From Patescibacteria group bacterium (lineage in GTDB: Bacteria; Patescibacteriota; Minisyncoccia; Moranbacterales; UBA1568): a DNA stretch of 64,000 bases. Location of the stretch: positions 7,480 to 71,479 of the forward strand of contig JBBTWT010000011.1 of assembly GCA_038078615.1 (NCBI GenBank), written 5' to 3'. The position numbers and the translations under genes were made by a program. Numbering within the stretch: the stretch's first letter is position 1; every line of letters starts with the position of its first letter. Shown here one piece after another: positions 28,752-37,811 of this stretch. The notes beneath the pieces were generated by a model. That model saw nothing but the letters and a program-made list of their open reading frames with translations, made no database searches and was not told the origin of the DNA.

Positions 28752-29825
28752 TTAAAATTGCCTTATAAACCTGAGATCGCCCGACATGAATAATCTGATA
28801 TCGGAAATCCTGTACTTCATCATGGCAATACGCGTCAAACCAAAGCCCCACGCAAAGCCCTGATATTTCCCGCGAGGATAGCCGGCCGCCTCAAACACCT
28901 TCTGATTCACCATACCGGCGCCGCCAAGTTCGAGCCAGCCGGACTGCTTGCACACCGGGCAGCCCTTGGCACCACACAGTATGCAACTGATATCGAACTC
29001 GAACGACGGTTCGGTGAACGGGAAAAAGCTCGGGCGCAAACGAATACTGACTTTTCCCCCAAACAGCTGGGTAAAAAAGGTTTCAGCCACATACTTGAAA
29101 TTCGCCACGTTCACATTCTCGTCCACCATCAGGCATTCGAACTGGTGGAAGGTGTGCTCATGCGAAGCGTCGGTCGCCTCATTGCGGAAGATCCTTCCAG
29201 GAATGATGATGCGGAGCGGCGGCTCGTGCGTCTCCATATAACGCACCTGTACCGGAGACGTGTGCGTGCGCATGAGCAGATGCTCTTGTTGCTTCTTGCC
29301 ACTTTTCAACCCGCCTGCTCCGCCAGCTGGCGGATTCGGCGAGGCAAGCCAGAACGTATCCTGCATATCGCGGGCCGGATGATCAGCTGGGACATTGAGC
29401 GCGTCGAAGTTGTACCATTCACTCTCCACTTCCGGTCCGTCGGCGATCGCGAATCCCATCGAAGCGAAAATGTCTTCGATCTCGTGCTCGATCCGGGTGA
29501 TCGGATGCAGATGCCCGCGAGAAACCGGCACACCGGGAGCCGTCACATCGATGCGTTCTCCTTCCCAATCGATGCCCTGTTCGAGCAATGCCGTTTTTTT
29601 CACTTCGAGCGCCTGCAGAAGCGATTGTTTCGCGGCATTGCCGAGCGGACCGACGACGCGTTTGTCTTCCGGCGACAGGTCTTTCAAGCCCTTGAGGATA
29701 TCTCCGAGCTCGCTCTTGCGGCCGAGATATCGCACCTCCCACGCGTCAAGCTCCGCTCGCGTTGTGGCGGTTTGCAGAGCCGCCTCCCCTGCTTTTCGAA
29801 TATCGATGATTTTCTCTGACAGCAT
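28752..29825 (-). CDS. pheS: Phenylalanine-tRNA ligase alpha subunit
   Basis: GHLHP, HPARDMQDTF, RTHTSPVQ, FPFTEPS; start reassigned to MLSEKI. Confidence 0.97.
   Translation of the reverse strand: MLSEKIIDIRKAGEAALQTATTRAELDAWEVRYLGRKSELGDILKGLKDLSPEDKRVVGPLGNAAKQSLLQALEVKKTALLEQGIDWEGERIDVTAPGVPVSRGHLHPITRIEHEIEDIFASMGFAIADGPEVESEWYNFDALNVPADHPARDMQDTFWLASPNPPAGGAGGLKSGKKQQEHLLMRTHTSPVQVRYMETHEPPLRIIIPGRIFRNEATDASHEHTFHQFECLMVDENVNVANFKYVAETFFTQLFGGKVSIRLRPSFFPFTEPSFEFDISCILCGAKGCPVCKQSGWLELGGAGMVNQKVFEAAGYPRGKYQGFAWGFGLTRIAMMKYRISDIRLFMSGDLRFIRQF
29310..29348. repeat. 39-bp in-frame palindromic element in pheS
   Basis: 36/39 identical to 35568-35606 in the ABC-F gene; encodes LASPNPPAGGAGG. 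Confidence 0.9.
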
Positions 29826-29852
29826 AGAAATTCTCATTTCAGTAATGGCTTC

Positions 29853-29956
29853 ACCCAGCACCTTCCAAGATGATTCTCGATCTGCAACAGCAATGAGTTG
29901 ACTTTCAAGTTCTCTCCGACAGGATCCAACCATCATTTTCGTCGGAGGTGCTGGGT
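29853..29956. repeat. MITE-like element with terminal inverted repeats
   Basis: ACCCAGCACCT...AGGTGCTGGGT. Confidence 0.55.
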
Positions 29957-29988
29957 TCATTGTAACGAAAATACACTCTATGGTCAAA

Positions 29989-30101
29989 GCCCCGCACCAA
30001 TTCCTTGGAGAATTTCTACTTACGGTAAGATAACAGATGTATCCGCCTATCGGCTCATACTATGCCTCTCCTCAAATCTTTTACAAAAATTGGTGCGGGG
30101 C
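29989..30101. repeat. MITE-like element with terminal inverted repeats
   Basis: GCCCCGCACCAATT...AATTGGTGCGGGGC (14 bp perfect); overlaps the tsaC 3' end. Confidence 0.65.
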
Positions 30102-30662
30102 AAGCTCCACCGCACCCTGCCGCAGTACTTCCCAAACGCCGCCACGCAGACGCGCGACCGTCGAAGGGAGGCTCTCGCGATAGTCACCGTCCACATAGGT
30201 GGCAACTTGATCGCCGAAATAGTTTCTGGCTTCCACGACTGTGCGGGCTGGCGGCTGACCCTCCTGATTGGCACTCGGAGCGAGGAGCGGACCGGTTTTT
30301 CGTATCAACGCGCGCAGTTCCTGACCATCAGGAATGCGAAAAGCTAGCGTCTTTGTTCCTCTGTGAAGATACTCGAAGCGTTTTTCCGGACAATCAAATA
30401 CGACGCTGACTTTCCCCGGCCAGACCTTTTCGAGCGCTTTTGTGTCAGCTTCGCTCAAAGCGATCCCAAATTCCTCAAGCGCCGAGATATCATCGATGAG
30501 CAGGATGCACGGCTTGGCGACATCGCGTCCTCGGACACGATACAACCGCTCTACCGCTTCCCGTGAACGCGCCGCGCACACGATACCATAGAGCGTGTCT
30601 GTCGGTATGACAGCGAGCTGTCCCTCTCGCAAAAATCGGATAAGCTCTTCGGAAAATAACAT
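30081..30662 (-). CDS. tsaC: L-threonylcarbamoyladenylate synthase (Sua5/YrdC)
   Basis: PTDTLYG, WPGKVS, AFRIP, APSAN. Confidence 0.93.
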   Translation of the reverse strand: MLFSEELIRFLREGQLAVIPTDTLYGIVCAARSREAVERLYRVRGRDVAKPCILLIDDISALEEFGIALSEADTKALEKVWPGKVSVVFDCPEKRFEYLHRGTKTLAFRIPDGQELRALIRKTGPLLAPSANQEGQPPARTVVEARNYFGDQVATYVDGDYRESLPSTVARLRGGVWEVLRQGAVELAPHQFL

Positions 30663-30663
30663 A

Positions 30664-31875
30664 TCAAAAGACAAGCTTCACAAAATCCTTCTTGCCGACT
30701 TTCATCACTTTGCCGTTGTCTAATTCTTTACTCAACATTCGTGACCCGACAAGAACCTTTTCATCACCGATAGTTACTCCGCCTTGTTCTATTTTCCGCC
30801 GAGCGTCTGATTTGCTCTTAGCCAGACCTATGCGTGCGATAAATGATTCGACATTTTCATATCCTTCAATGGCTGGTTCATATATGGGAGAACATTCCCG
30901 GACATCCTGCGGAACGCGCCCCTTGGAAAAAGTCTCTATGAAATACGTTTCCGCCTTTTTCGCCTCGTCGGCTCCATGATAGAGCGCCACGATTTCCTTG
31001 GCGAGCCGCACCTTCGCATCGCGCGGATTGCCGCCGGTGATGATCTCTTCCGCCATTATCCCGATTTCTTTCATCGGCACGCGCGTGCAGTGGACGAAGT
31101 ATTCCATAATGAGTTCGTCCGGAATGCTCATTATTTTTCCGAACATCTCATTCGGCGCGTCGAGCACGTTGATCGTATTGCCCCAGCTCGAGCTCATCTT
31201 GCGCCCGTCCGTCCCGAGGATGAGGTTCGTCATCAGGATATCCTGTGGCTTCTGCCCGTGCACTTCCTGAAGGCGTCGTCCGGCAAGCAGGTTGAAACGC
31301 TGGTCAGTCGCGCTTATTTCGACGTCGGCATTGACCGCGATGCTATCGAACCCCTGCATCAGCGGATAGAGCACTTCACGAAGTGATACTCTTTTTCCGG
31401 CATCCAGACGCCGTCTGATATTATCACGCGCGATAAATTCCGCGAGCGAAAATGCATTCGCCTGAATCCCGATATCCTCGTAGCCGAGCTTGTCGAGCCA
31501 GGTGGAGTTGTAATGCACTTCGGCCCGCTCGAGATCGATGATTTTCCCCGCCTGCTCCGTATACGTCTTCATATTCTCCTCGATCATCTGCGGAGAGAGC
31601 ATCGGGCGTTCGCTTTCCTTGTCGCTCGTATCGCCGATCACGCCGGTGAAGTCACCGATGATGAACACGACCGTGTGTCCGAGGTCCTGGAAATCACGCA
31701 GCTTGCGGAGCACGACTGCCCGTCCGAGATGGATATGCGGACTGGTCGGATCAACACCAAACTTGATACGGAGTATTTCTCCCGACAGCAGCCGTTTCTT
31801 CAGATGCTCGCGATCGATCACTTCGGCTACGCCGCGCGTGAGCAATTCTTCTATTTTCTGTTCCTTGATATTCAT
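30664..31875 (-). CDS. tyrS: Tyrosine-tRNA ligase
   Basis: FGVDPTSPHIHLGR, YPLMQGFD, KMSSS, C-terminal S4 domain. Confidence 0.96.
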   Translation of the reverse strand: MNIKEQKIEELLTRGVAEVIDREHLKKRLLSGEILRIKFGVDPTSPHIHLGRAVVLRKLRDFQDLGHTVVFIIGDFTGVIGDTSDKESERPMLSPQMIEENMKTYTEQAGKIIDLERAEVHYNSTWLDKLGYEDIGIQANAFSLAEFIARDNIRRRLDAGKRVSLREVLYPLMQGFDSIAVNADVEISATDQRFNLLAGRRLQEVHGQKPQDILMTNLILGTDGRKMSSSWGNTINVLDAPNEMFGKIMSIPDELIMEYFVHCTRVPMKEIGIMAEEIITGGNPRDAKVRLAKEIVALYHGADEAKKAETYFIETFSKGRVPQDVRECSPIYEPAIEGYENVESFIARIGLAKSKSDARRKIEQGGVTIGDEKVLVGSRMLSKELDNGKVMKVGKKDFVKLVF

Positions 31876-31970
31876 AAGATGAGATCAATCCGAATACTAC
31901 TAATTATATCCTAATACCACGAAAAGATTCGGAAAATTCGGATGTACTTCGGATCATTCGTATTGCTCTG

Positions 31971-32270
31971 TCATTTTAAACCGAACTTCGCTTTGGTCAG
32001 GCGATACTGGTCGTCGGAAATCTGCCCGGCTTTGCGCATCGCCTCAAGCGAAGAGAGTATCTCCGCCTTGTTCTTCTGGATGTTCTTCGGCGTCATGGCT
32101 TTCTTCATCGCCTTCTCGCGATCGGCCGGACTCATCTTCATCAGGCGCTTCATCGCGAAACGCTGAAACATGTTCATATCCTTCATATCAGGCGCGCCAG
32201 GAATATTCGGGAGGTCTTCCTTTTTATCTTCGTCTTTTCCGCCTTTGACGGAGAACGGATTCCATTTCAT
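31971..32270 (-). CDS. Hypothetical Met/Lys-rich helical protein with a SHOCT-like C-terminus
   Basis: ORF 2 nt downstream of secF; GQISDDQY motif. Confidence 0.65.
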   Translation of the reverse strand: MKWNPFSVKGGKDEDKKEDLPNIPGAPDMKDMNMFQRFAMKRLMKMSPADREKAMKKAMTPKNIQKNKAEILSSLEAMRKAGQISDDQYRLTKAKFGLK

Positions 32271-32272
32271 AG

Positions 32273-33169
32273 TTATTTCGTTTTCATTTTATACCGAGTC
32301 ACGAGAAGCGCAGAAGCTATATAAATCGAGGAATAGGTGCCGAACGCGACGCCGGCGAAGAGTGCCACGCCGAAATACCGGATGCTCTCTCCGCCGAAGA
32401 TGATGATCGCCAGAAGCGTGATGAGCACGGTGAGCGACGTGTTGATCGAGCGGCCGAGCGTCTCGTTCAACGATCGGTTGACGGTGATCTCGAAGTCTTC
32501 CTTGCGGTGCGAGCGCATCAGGTTCTCGCGCACGCGGTCGTACACGACGATGGTGTCGTTCACCGAATAGCCGAGGATCGTGAGGAGCGCCGCGATGAAC
32601 GGCACCCCGATCTCGACGCCGTAATATCTGCCCAAAAGAACGAACAGGCCGAGCACGATCACGATATCATGCGAAAGGGCGATCACCGCTCCCAGGCCGT
32701 ATTCCCACGACGTCACGACACCGGAAACGCGCCGGAAGGCCCACGCGATATAGAGCGCGATGCCGATGATGGACAGCGCGATGCCGGAGATGGCGTTTTT
32801 CTTGATCTGGCTCGAAACCGAAGATCCTATGAAATCCGTGCGCAATTGCACGATATTCGGATCCAGAGATTGCAGCGCGGCAAGCACCTGTTCGTTCGCC
32901 GTCTCATCGGAGGCCAGATAGCGGAGCAATACCCCGCGGTCACCTGTCGGCTGTATGGTGAGGCTCTTGAGATCGAGAGCGGAGAGCTTTGCCCCGATGT
33001 CGGATACCTGCGGCGCCGGATCGAGAGCGAACCGCACCTCCGAGAGCGTCCCGCCCTTGAAATCGATGCCGAAATTGAATCCCCACAGCACGATCAACAC
33101 CACACTGGCTATCGTGACGATCCCAGAGAACCAGTACGCGTATTTCCTTTTTTGGATGATCTGCAGCAT
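32273..33169 (-). CDS. secF: Protein translocase subunit SecF
   Basis: GIDFKGG, HDIVI, GYSVNDTIVVYDRVREN, RSINTS. Confidence 0.96.
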   Translation of the reverse strand: MLQIIQKRKYAYWFSGIVTIASVVLIVLWGFNFGIDFKGGTLSEVRFALDPAPQVSDIGAKLSALDLKSLTIQPTGDRGVLLRYLASDETANEQVLAALQSLDPNIVQLRTDFIGSSVSSQIKKNAISGIALSIIGIALYIAWAFRRVSGVVTSWEYGLGAVIALSHDIVIVLGLFVLLGRYYGVEIGVPFIAALLTILGYSVNDTIVVYDRVRENLMRSHRKEDFEITVNRSLNETLGRSINTSLTVLITLLAIIIFGGESIRYFGVALFAGVAFGTYSSIYIASALLVTRYKMKTK

Positions 33170-33173
33170 AATC

Positions 33174-34856
33174 CTATTCGAGTAATTTTTTTGGCGAGAC
33201 AAGGAGTTTCGGGTGCCTCTCCATCCACTCTCCGGCGATAAACATCGTCGTGATCCGCACGAGCACGACCGCGGTGAAGAGCGAGAGGAGCACGCCGAGT
33301 GCCAAGATGATCGCGAATCCCTTCACGAAGCCGGTGCCGAATGCGATCAGGATGAACGTGGTGATGAGCGTCGAGACGTGCCCGTCGCGGATGCTCGGCC
33401 AGGCGCGGCGGAACCCTTCGCCGAGGGACTTGTAGACGTTCTTTCCGTAGGAGAGCTCCTCGCGCGTCCGCTCGAAGATGAGCACGTTCGCATCCACCGC
33501 GATGCCGATCGAGAGGATGAACCCGGCGATACCGGAGAGCGTCACCGTGATGCCAAACGGCGTGAAGACGGAGAGCTTGAAGATCGCGAGCAGCATCGCG
33601 GTATAGAGAAGCAACGCGAACACAGCGATCAGACCGAGAAAACGGTAATAAAAAATCATGAAAATGGCGACCGCGCCGAGGCCGACAAGACCGGCGAACA
33701 GGCTCTGCTTGAGTGCGCTCTCGCCGAGAGATGCGTCCACGCTCTGCTGTCCGACCAGCGTGATCGGTACCGGCAAGGCGCCTTCGTTCAGGCGTTTCAC
33801 GAGGTCGTTCGCCTCCTGCATCGTGAAGTTTCCGGTGATGACCGCCTGACCCGCCAGGATCTCGCTCTGTACGGTCGGCTGGCTGATGATCTCCTTGTCA
33901 AGGAAGATGGCGACCGGTTTTCCGATGTTGCGCTTGGTGATCTCCGCGAACAATGCCGTGCCTTCGCCGTCGAATTGGAGCGCGATCTGCGGCGAGCCGA
34001 CGCCCTGGCTCTGATAATCCACATACGCGTCCTTCAGATGCTTCCCCGTCAGGCCGGTGGCCGTCCAGCCGAGTTCCGGATACTGGTCGATGGAACGCTT
34101 CAAAAACAGGATATGCGCGGCGCGCACCTCGCGATTGTCCCCTGCGCCCCGCTCATCGATCTTCTTGATGATGTGCCAGCCGAACTGACTCTCGACGAGA
34201 TCCGGATGTACCGCTCCCGATTTCAGGTTCTCTCCGAAAATCACCACGTCGAATTCCGGGACGAACGTCCCCTGCTTGGCGAAGTCCAGATCGCCGCCGT
34301 TGTCTTTCGATCCTGGGTCCTGGCTCAATTCCTTGGCGAGCGCCGAGAAATCCTCACCGCGTTTGGCACGCTCCAGGACAGTCCGCGCCTTTTCCTGCGA
34401 CGCGCGGTTCAGGTCATCGAACTGCTTCACGATATCCGAATCGTCCGCCACCGGCTCGCGGAATTCGAGGAACGGGGTCTCCTTGATCATTTTCTTGGCC
34501 TGCTCGATATCCCTCACGCCCGGCAGTTCCACGATGATACGCTGTTCCGTCCCGGATCGCGACAGCTGCACGAGCGGTTCGCCCACGCCGAACGCGTTCA
34601 CGCGCCGCTCGATGACCGCTTCCGCGGCGGAGAGGGCGTCACCGACTTTGTCGCTTTGCACCTGCGATACGTCGGCCTTGTATTCCAGATGGATACCGCC
34701 CTGCAAATCCAGTCCTTTGTTCACCTGAAGCGCATCCAAAACACCGAAAACCGGCGGCATGAACCTGACCGCGGCGGGATACGCGATGATTCCGCACACC
34801 AGGCCGAGCAGGAGCACTCCTCCGAAACGGAGACGTTTTTTCGTATGCTGTTTCAC
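33174..34856 (-). CDS. secD: Protein translocase subunit SecD with an inserted parvulin PPIase domain
   Basis: GLDLQGG, RRVNAFGVGEP, GIAVDANVLIFER; internal GEDFSALAKELSQDPGSKDNGGDL...ESQFGWHIIK. Confidence 0.95.
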   Translation of the reverse strand: MKQHTKKRLRFGGVLLLGLVCGIIAYPAAVRFMPPVFGVLDALQVNKGLDLQGGIHLEYKADVSQVQSDKVGDALSAAEAVIERRVNAFGVGEPLVQLSRSGTEQRIIVELPGVRDIEQAKKMIKETPFLEFREPVADDSDIVKQFDDLNRASQEKARTVLERAKRGEDFSALAKELSQDPGSKDNGGDLDFAKQGTFVPEFDVVIFGENLKSGAVHPDLVESQFGWHIIKKIDERGAGDNREVRAAHILFLKRSIDQYPELGWTATGLTGKHLKDAYVDYQSQGVGSPQIALQFDGEGTALFAEITKRNIGKPVAIFLDKEIISQPTVQSEILAGQAVITGNFTMQEANDLVKRLNEGALPVPITLVGQQSVDASLGESALKQSLFAGLVGLGAVAIFMIFYYRFLGLIAVFALLLYTAMLLAIFKLSVFTPFGITVTLSGIAGFILSIGIAVDANVLIFERTREELSYGKNVYKSLGEGFRRAWPSIRDGHVSTLITTFILIAFGTGFVKGFAIILALGVLLSLFTAVVLVRITTMFIAGEWMERHPKLLVSPKKLLE

Positions 34857-34946
34857 ACCGGGAAGTACAGTCCGATATTATCCGTTCTTCGACACTTCGC
34901 AGTATATCGGAAAGCGCTTCGCAAGGCAACTGAAAGCCTTTTTTCT

Positions 34947-36719
34947 CTACATCATTTTTTTCTCTTCCAGGCGTTTCAGTATGCGTCGGATCTGCGGCAT
35001 CATGTGCGCCGCGTAGGTTTCATAGTTTTTGACGGGCGTGAGCTTCCCGCCGTCGAGGACGTAGCTCTTTGTCAGACGGATCCGCTCCAGGAAACGGCGG
35101 TCATGCGTGACGAGGAGGATCGTGCCGGCATATCCCGCGAGCGCCTCTTCGAGCGCTTCGATCGCCTCGAGATCCAGATGATTCGTCGGTTCGTCGAGAA
35201 CAAGCGCGTTCGCGCCCATCGCGGAGAGGAGCGCGAGTATCAGCCGCACGCGTTCCCCCGGACTGAACCACTCTATCTTGTCGGTCAGGATGTCCGGCGA
35301 GAATTGGAAATGCGCGAGGTGCTCCGCGACTATGACAGCGTCATAGATGCCCAGGCGATTCTTGAACAGCTGGAGCGGGGTCGTCGCGCGGGATATATTC
35401 TCGTGTTCCTGCATCAGGTATCCGAATATCAGTTTTTTGCCGCAGGTCCTCTTGCCGGCGAGCGGCGGGAGAACGCCTGCGATCGTCTTGAGGAGCGTCG
35501 ATTTGCCGGCACCGTTGTTGCCGAGGATGGCCAGGCGGTCGCCGAACGGGATCTTCAGATCGACAGGCTCGCCTACTCCGCCAGCTTGCGGATTCGGCGA
35601 GGCAAGCCCGCCCTGGAAACCGTCCTCATAGCCGAAACGCACTTTCCTCAGCGTGATGGTACTCGACTTTTCGCCTGGCTTTGCCGCAAAAGATACGATG
35701 AGCGGCTGGCGAGCGAGCGGCCGTTCGACGGTATTCAGGCGTTTCTGCCGTTCCTCCATCACCTTCGCCGACATCGTGAATTTCTTGGTGGCGCGCTCTT
35801 TCTTGAAATGCGACGCGAGCTTGTCATGATCGGGCGCCTTGCGTCCCCTGACGCGCTCCACCCAGTCCATCTTCTGTCCGGCGGACACGAGCAGGCGTTC
35901 CCGCTCTTCTTCCTGCATGCGGTATTGTTCCTTATGCTTGCGGATCAGATGAGCCTTCATCTCGGCGAAGGTGCTCCACCCTCCGGTGTACATCGCCACG
36001 TCGCGCCTGTGCCAGTCGATCTCGAGAACTTTGTCCACGACATTGTCGAGGAAGCGCCGGTCATGGGACGCGATGATACAGGTCGCGGCGGAACGGTTCA
36101 GGTAGCGTTCGAGCCACAGGAGCGCGGGCAGATCAAGATTGTTCGTCGGCTCATCGAGCAGCATGATGTCCACGCCGCAAAGCAGCACTCCGGCGAGCGC
36201 CGCTTTGCGCTTCTCCCCTCCGGAAAGTTCCGCAACCGGCCGGTCGAATCCGATGTGCGAGAGCATCAGGCCGTCGAGTACGCCCTTCGCCTTGCGCGTA
36301 AAATCATATCCGCCCAGACGCTCGTAGTCCGATCGCAGCACCTCGTATCTCTCCAGGATGTCCGGCTGATCCAGGCGCGGTTCCAATGCCGCCATCTCCC
36401 TCTCGAGATCCTCGAGCCCGGTCATGCGGCGCAGATACCCGATCAGCGTCTCAGTCCCGCTCCCCACCCGCCCGTCGCGCATACGCGCGCCATTCGGGTG
36501 AACCTCCTGCGGCAGGTATCCGATCAGGACGCGATTCGGTTTCAGGATCTCCCCTCTGTCGGGACTCTCCGTGCCGGCGATGATCCGGAGCAACGTCGAT
36601 TTGCCCGCGCCATTCTGTCCGACGAGCGCGATCTTCTGGCCTTCGCCCACGGAAAAAGACACCTTCTCGAGAACGCGCTGCGTGCCGTATATTTTCCTGA
36701 TATTCTTGAGCGTGAGCAT
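34947..36719 (-). CDS. ABC-F family ATPase
   Basis: Two NBDs (GQNGAGKS / GNNGAGKS, LSGGE, DEPTN), interdomain linker, no TM helices. Confidence 0.93.
   Translation of the reverse strand: MLTLKNIRKIYGTQRVLEKVSFSVGEGQKIALVGQNGAGKSTLLRIIAGTESPDRGEILKPNRVLIGYLPQEVHPNGARMRDGRVGSGTETLIGYLRRMTGLEDLEREMAALEPRLDQPDILERYEVLRSDYERLGGYDFTRKAKGVLDGLMLSHIGFDRPVAELSGGEKRKAALAGVLLCGVDIMLLDEPTNNLDLPALLWLERYLNRSAATCIIASHDRRFLDNVVDKVLEIDWHRRDVAMYTGGWSTFAEMKAHLIRKHKEQYRMQEEERERLLVSAGQKMDWVERVRGRKAPDHDKLASHFKKERATKKFTMSAKVMEERQKRLNTVERPLARQPLIVSFAAKPGEKSSTITLRKVRFGYEDGFQGGLASPNPQAGGVGEPVDLKIPFGDRLAILGNNGAGKSTLLKTIAGVLPPLAGKRTCGKKLIFGYLMQEHENISRATTPLQLFKNRLGIYDAVIVAEHLAHFQFSPDILTDKIEWFSPGERVRLILALLSAMGANALVLDEPTNHLDLEAIEALEEALAGYAGTILLVTHDRRFLERIRLTKSYVLDGGKLTPVKNYETYAAHMMPQIRRILKRLEEKKMM
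35568..35606. repeat. 39-bp in-frame palindromic element in the ABC-F gene
   Basis: Encodes LASPNPQAGGVGE; matches the pheS copy. Confidence 0.9.
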
Positions 36720-36746
36720 AAAAAACGTCTTGTTCTATTCGATATC

Positions 36747-36897
36747 AACCGGATTCCAGAAGTTTTTAGATGAACCGCGCCGAAGCGATTTCGCCACATG
36801 GTTCCCTGCCCGAAGTGCTGCATCGTTGCCCGCCCGCATCGTTACGCGAAGCGTTTCGGGCAGGCAGGCGGGCCTAAAAAACTTCTGGAATCCGGTT
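36747..36897. repeat. Inverted-repeat element in the ABC-F leader
   Basis: AACCGGATTCCAGAAGTTTTT...AAAAACTTCTGGAATCCGGTT (21 bp perfect) with nested GC-rich palindromes. Confidence 0.8.
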
Positions 36898-36984
36898 AAA
36901 AAGAGATGTTCCATCAGAATTTCCAAAGCAAAGAAGAATAATACAACAAAAATAATATCCTGTAAAGTGCCTGCGGAAGTTTCG

Positions 36985-37156
36985 AGTCCAACGGATAAAA
37001 GAATCTTTTGGCGGGTGCTCTCCCTGTTTGAAGAAGCGCTCTCGGTTCGGAAAAAGGAGCTTTTCCGCCGTCGATTGGGGGCTGCTTTTTCCGGCAACCG
37101 AGAGCGCTTCTGAGGCGGAGAGCAGAGACAAGAGATTGCTTTTATTCCGTTGGGCT
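36985..37156. other. Long imperfect rod-like hairpin
   Basis: Successive paired segments, including AGAAGCGCTCTCGGTT / AACCGAGAGCGCTTCT. Confidence 0.7.
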
Positions 37157-37176
37157 GAAAAACACGTTCTGATTCT

Positions 37177-37680
37177 TTAGTCGCGCAGGCTCGCTTCCGC
37201 CTCCATCAGGACGCGGCGGGCGTTCTCGAATGTCACCTTGGCAAGCGCCTCCTCATACGGAAGCCAGACGGATCCGATATGCTCGTGGGAAATCCGGATG
37301 TCTCTCGTCTCGGTCTGCGCCGGATAGAAATGCACCTGCTTGAAGATCCAGATGCCGCGCCTGTTTTTCAGACGCTTCGCGCGTTCGTTGCCCTTGGCGA
37401 CATAGAAATAACGGATGCTGGTCCGCGCCGGAAATACTTGCAGATCGCGGATGCCCGTCTCCTCCTCCGTCTCGCGACAGAGCGTCATCTCCTCCGTCTC
37501 GCCGGACTCGACATGACCCTTGGCGAAATCGAAGTGTCCGCTCGGATAATGGAGCAGGAGGTAGAGCCGCCTGCCGTTCTCCATGCGGAAAATGACCGCG
37601 CCCACGGAGACTTCCCAGATGACCGGGCAGCGGAAAAATTTCAGGATATTATATACTGGCTTGATGACAGGCAAAAACAT
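37177..37680 (-). CDS. NUDIX hydrolase (Ap4A-hydrolase-like)
   Basis: GHFDFAKGHVESGETEEMTLCRETEEETGI, SHEH. Confidence 0.9.
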   Translation of the reverse strand: MFLPVIKPVYNILKFFRCPVIWEVSVGAVIFRMENGRRLYLLLHYPSGHFDFAKGHVESGETEEMTLCRETEEETGIRDLQVFPARTSIRYFYVAKGNERAKRLKNRRGIWIFKQVHFYPAQTETRDIRISHEHIGSVWLPYEEALAKVTFENARRVLMEAEASLRD

Positions 37681-37811
37681 AAAAAATCCTAATAATACGC
37701 AAAGGGGAGTCCCTTCAGAGTACAATAATACGTGACGGTTGACAAAGGATGTATACTCGTATTGAATACGGTATCGCCTGCTCTCCGCAATTCGCACTAT
37801 CCAAACGACCG

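Noticed and set aside
29826-30080. T-box leader for pheS
   Set aside because: No T-box consensus or terminator is recognisable; the inverted-repeat elements explain the region.
33213-36773. 1186-aa + strand ORF
   Set aside because: Antisense shadow of secD and ABC-F; no recognisable motifs; expected from codon bias in GC-rich genes.
25859-36951. 17-bp match AGAATAATACAACAAAA between the rnpB insert and the ABC-F upstream region
   Set aside because: Low-complexity and A-rich, with no extension on either side; may be chance.
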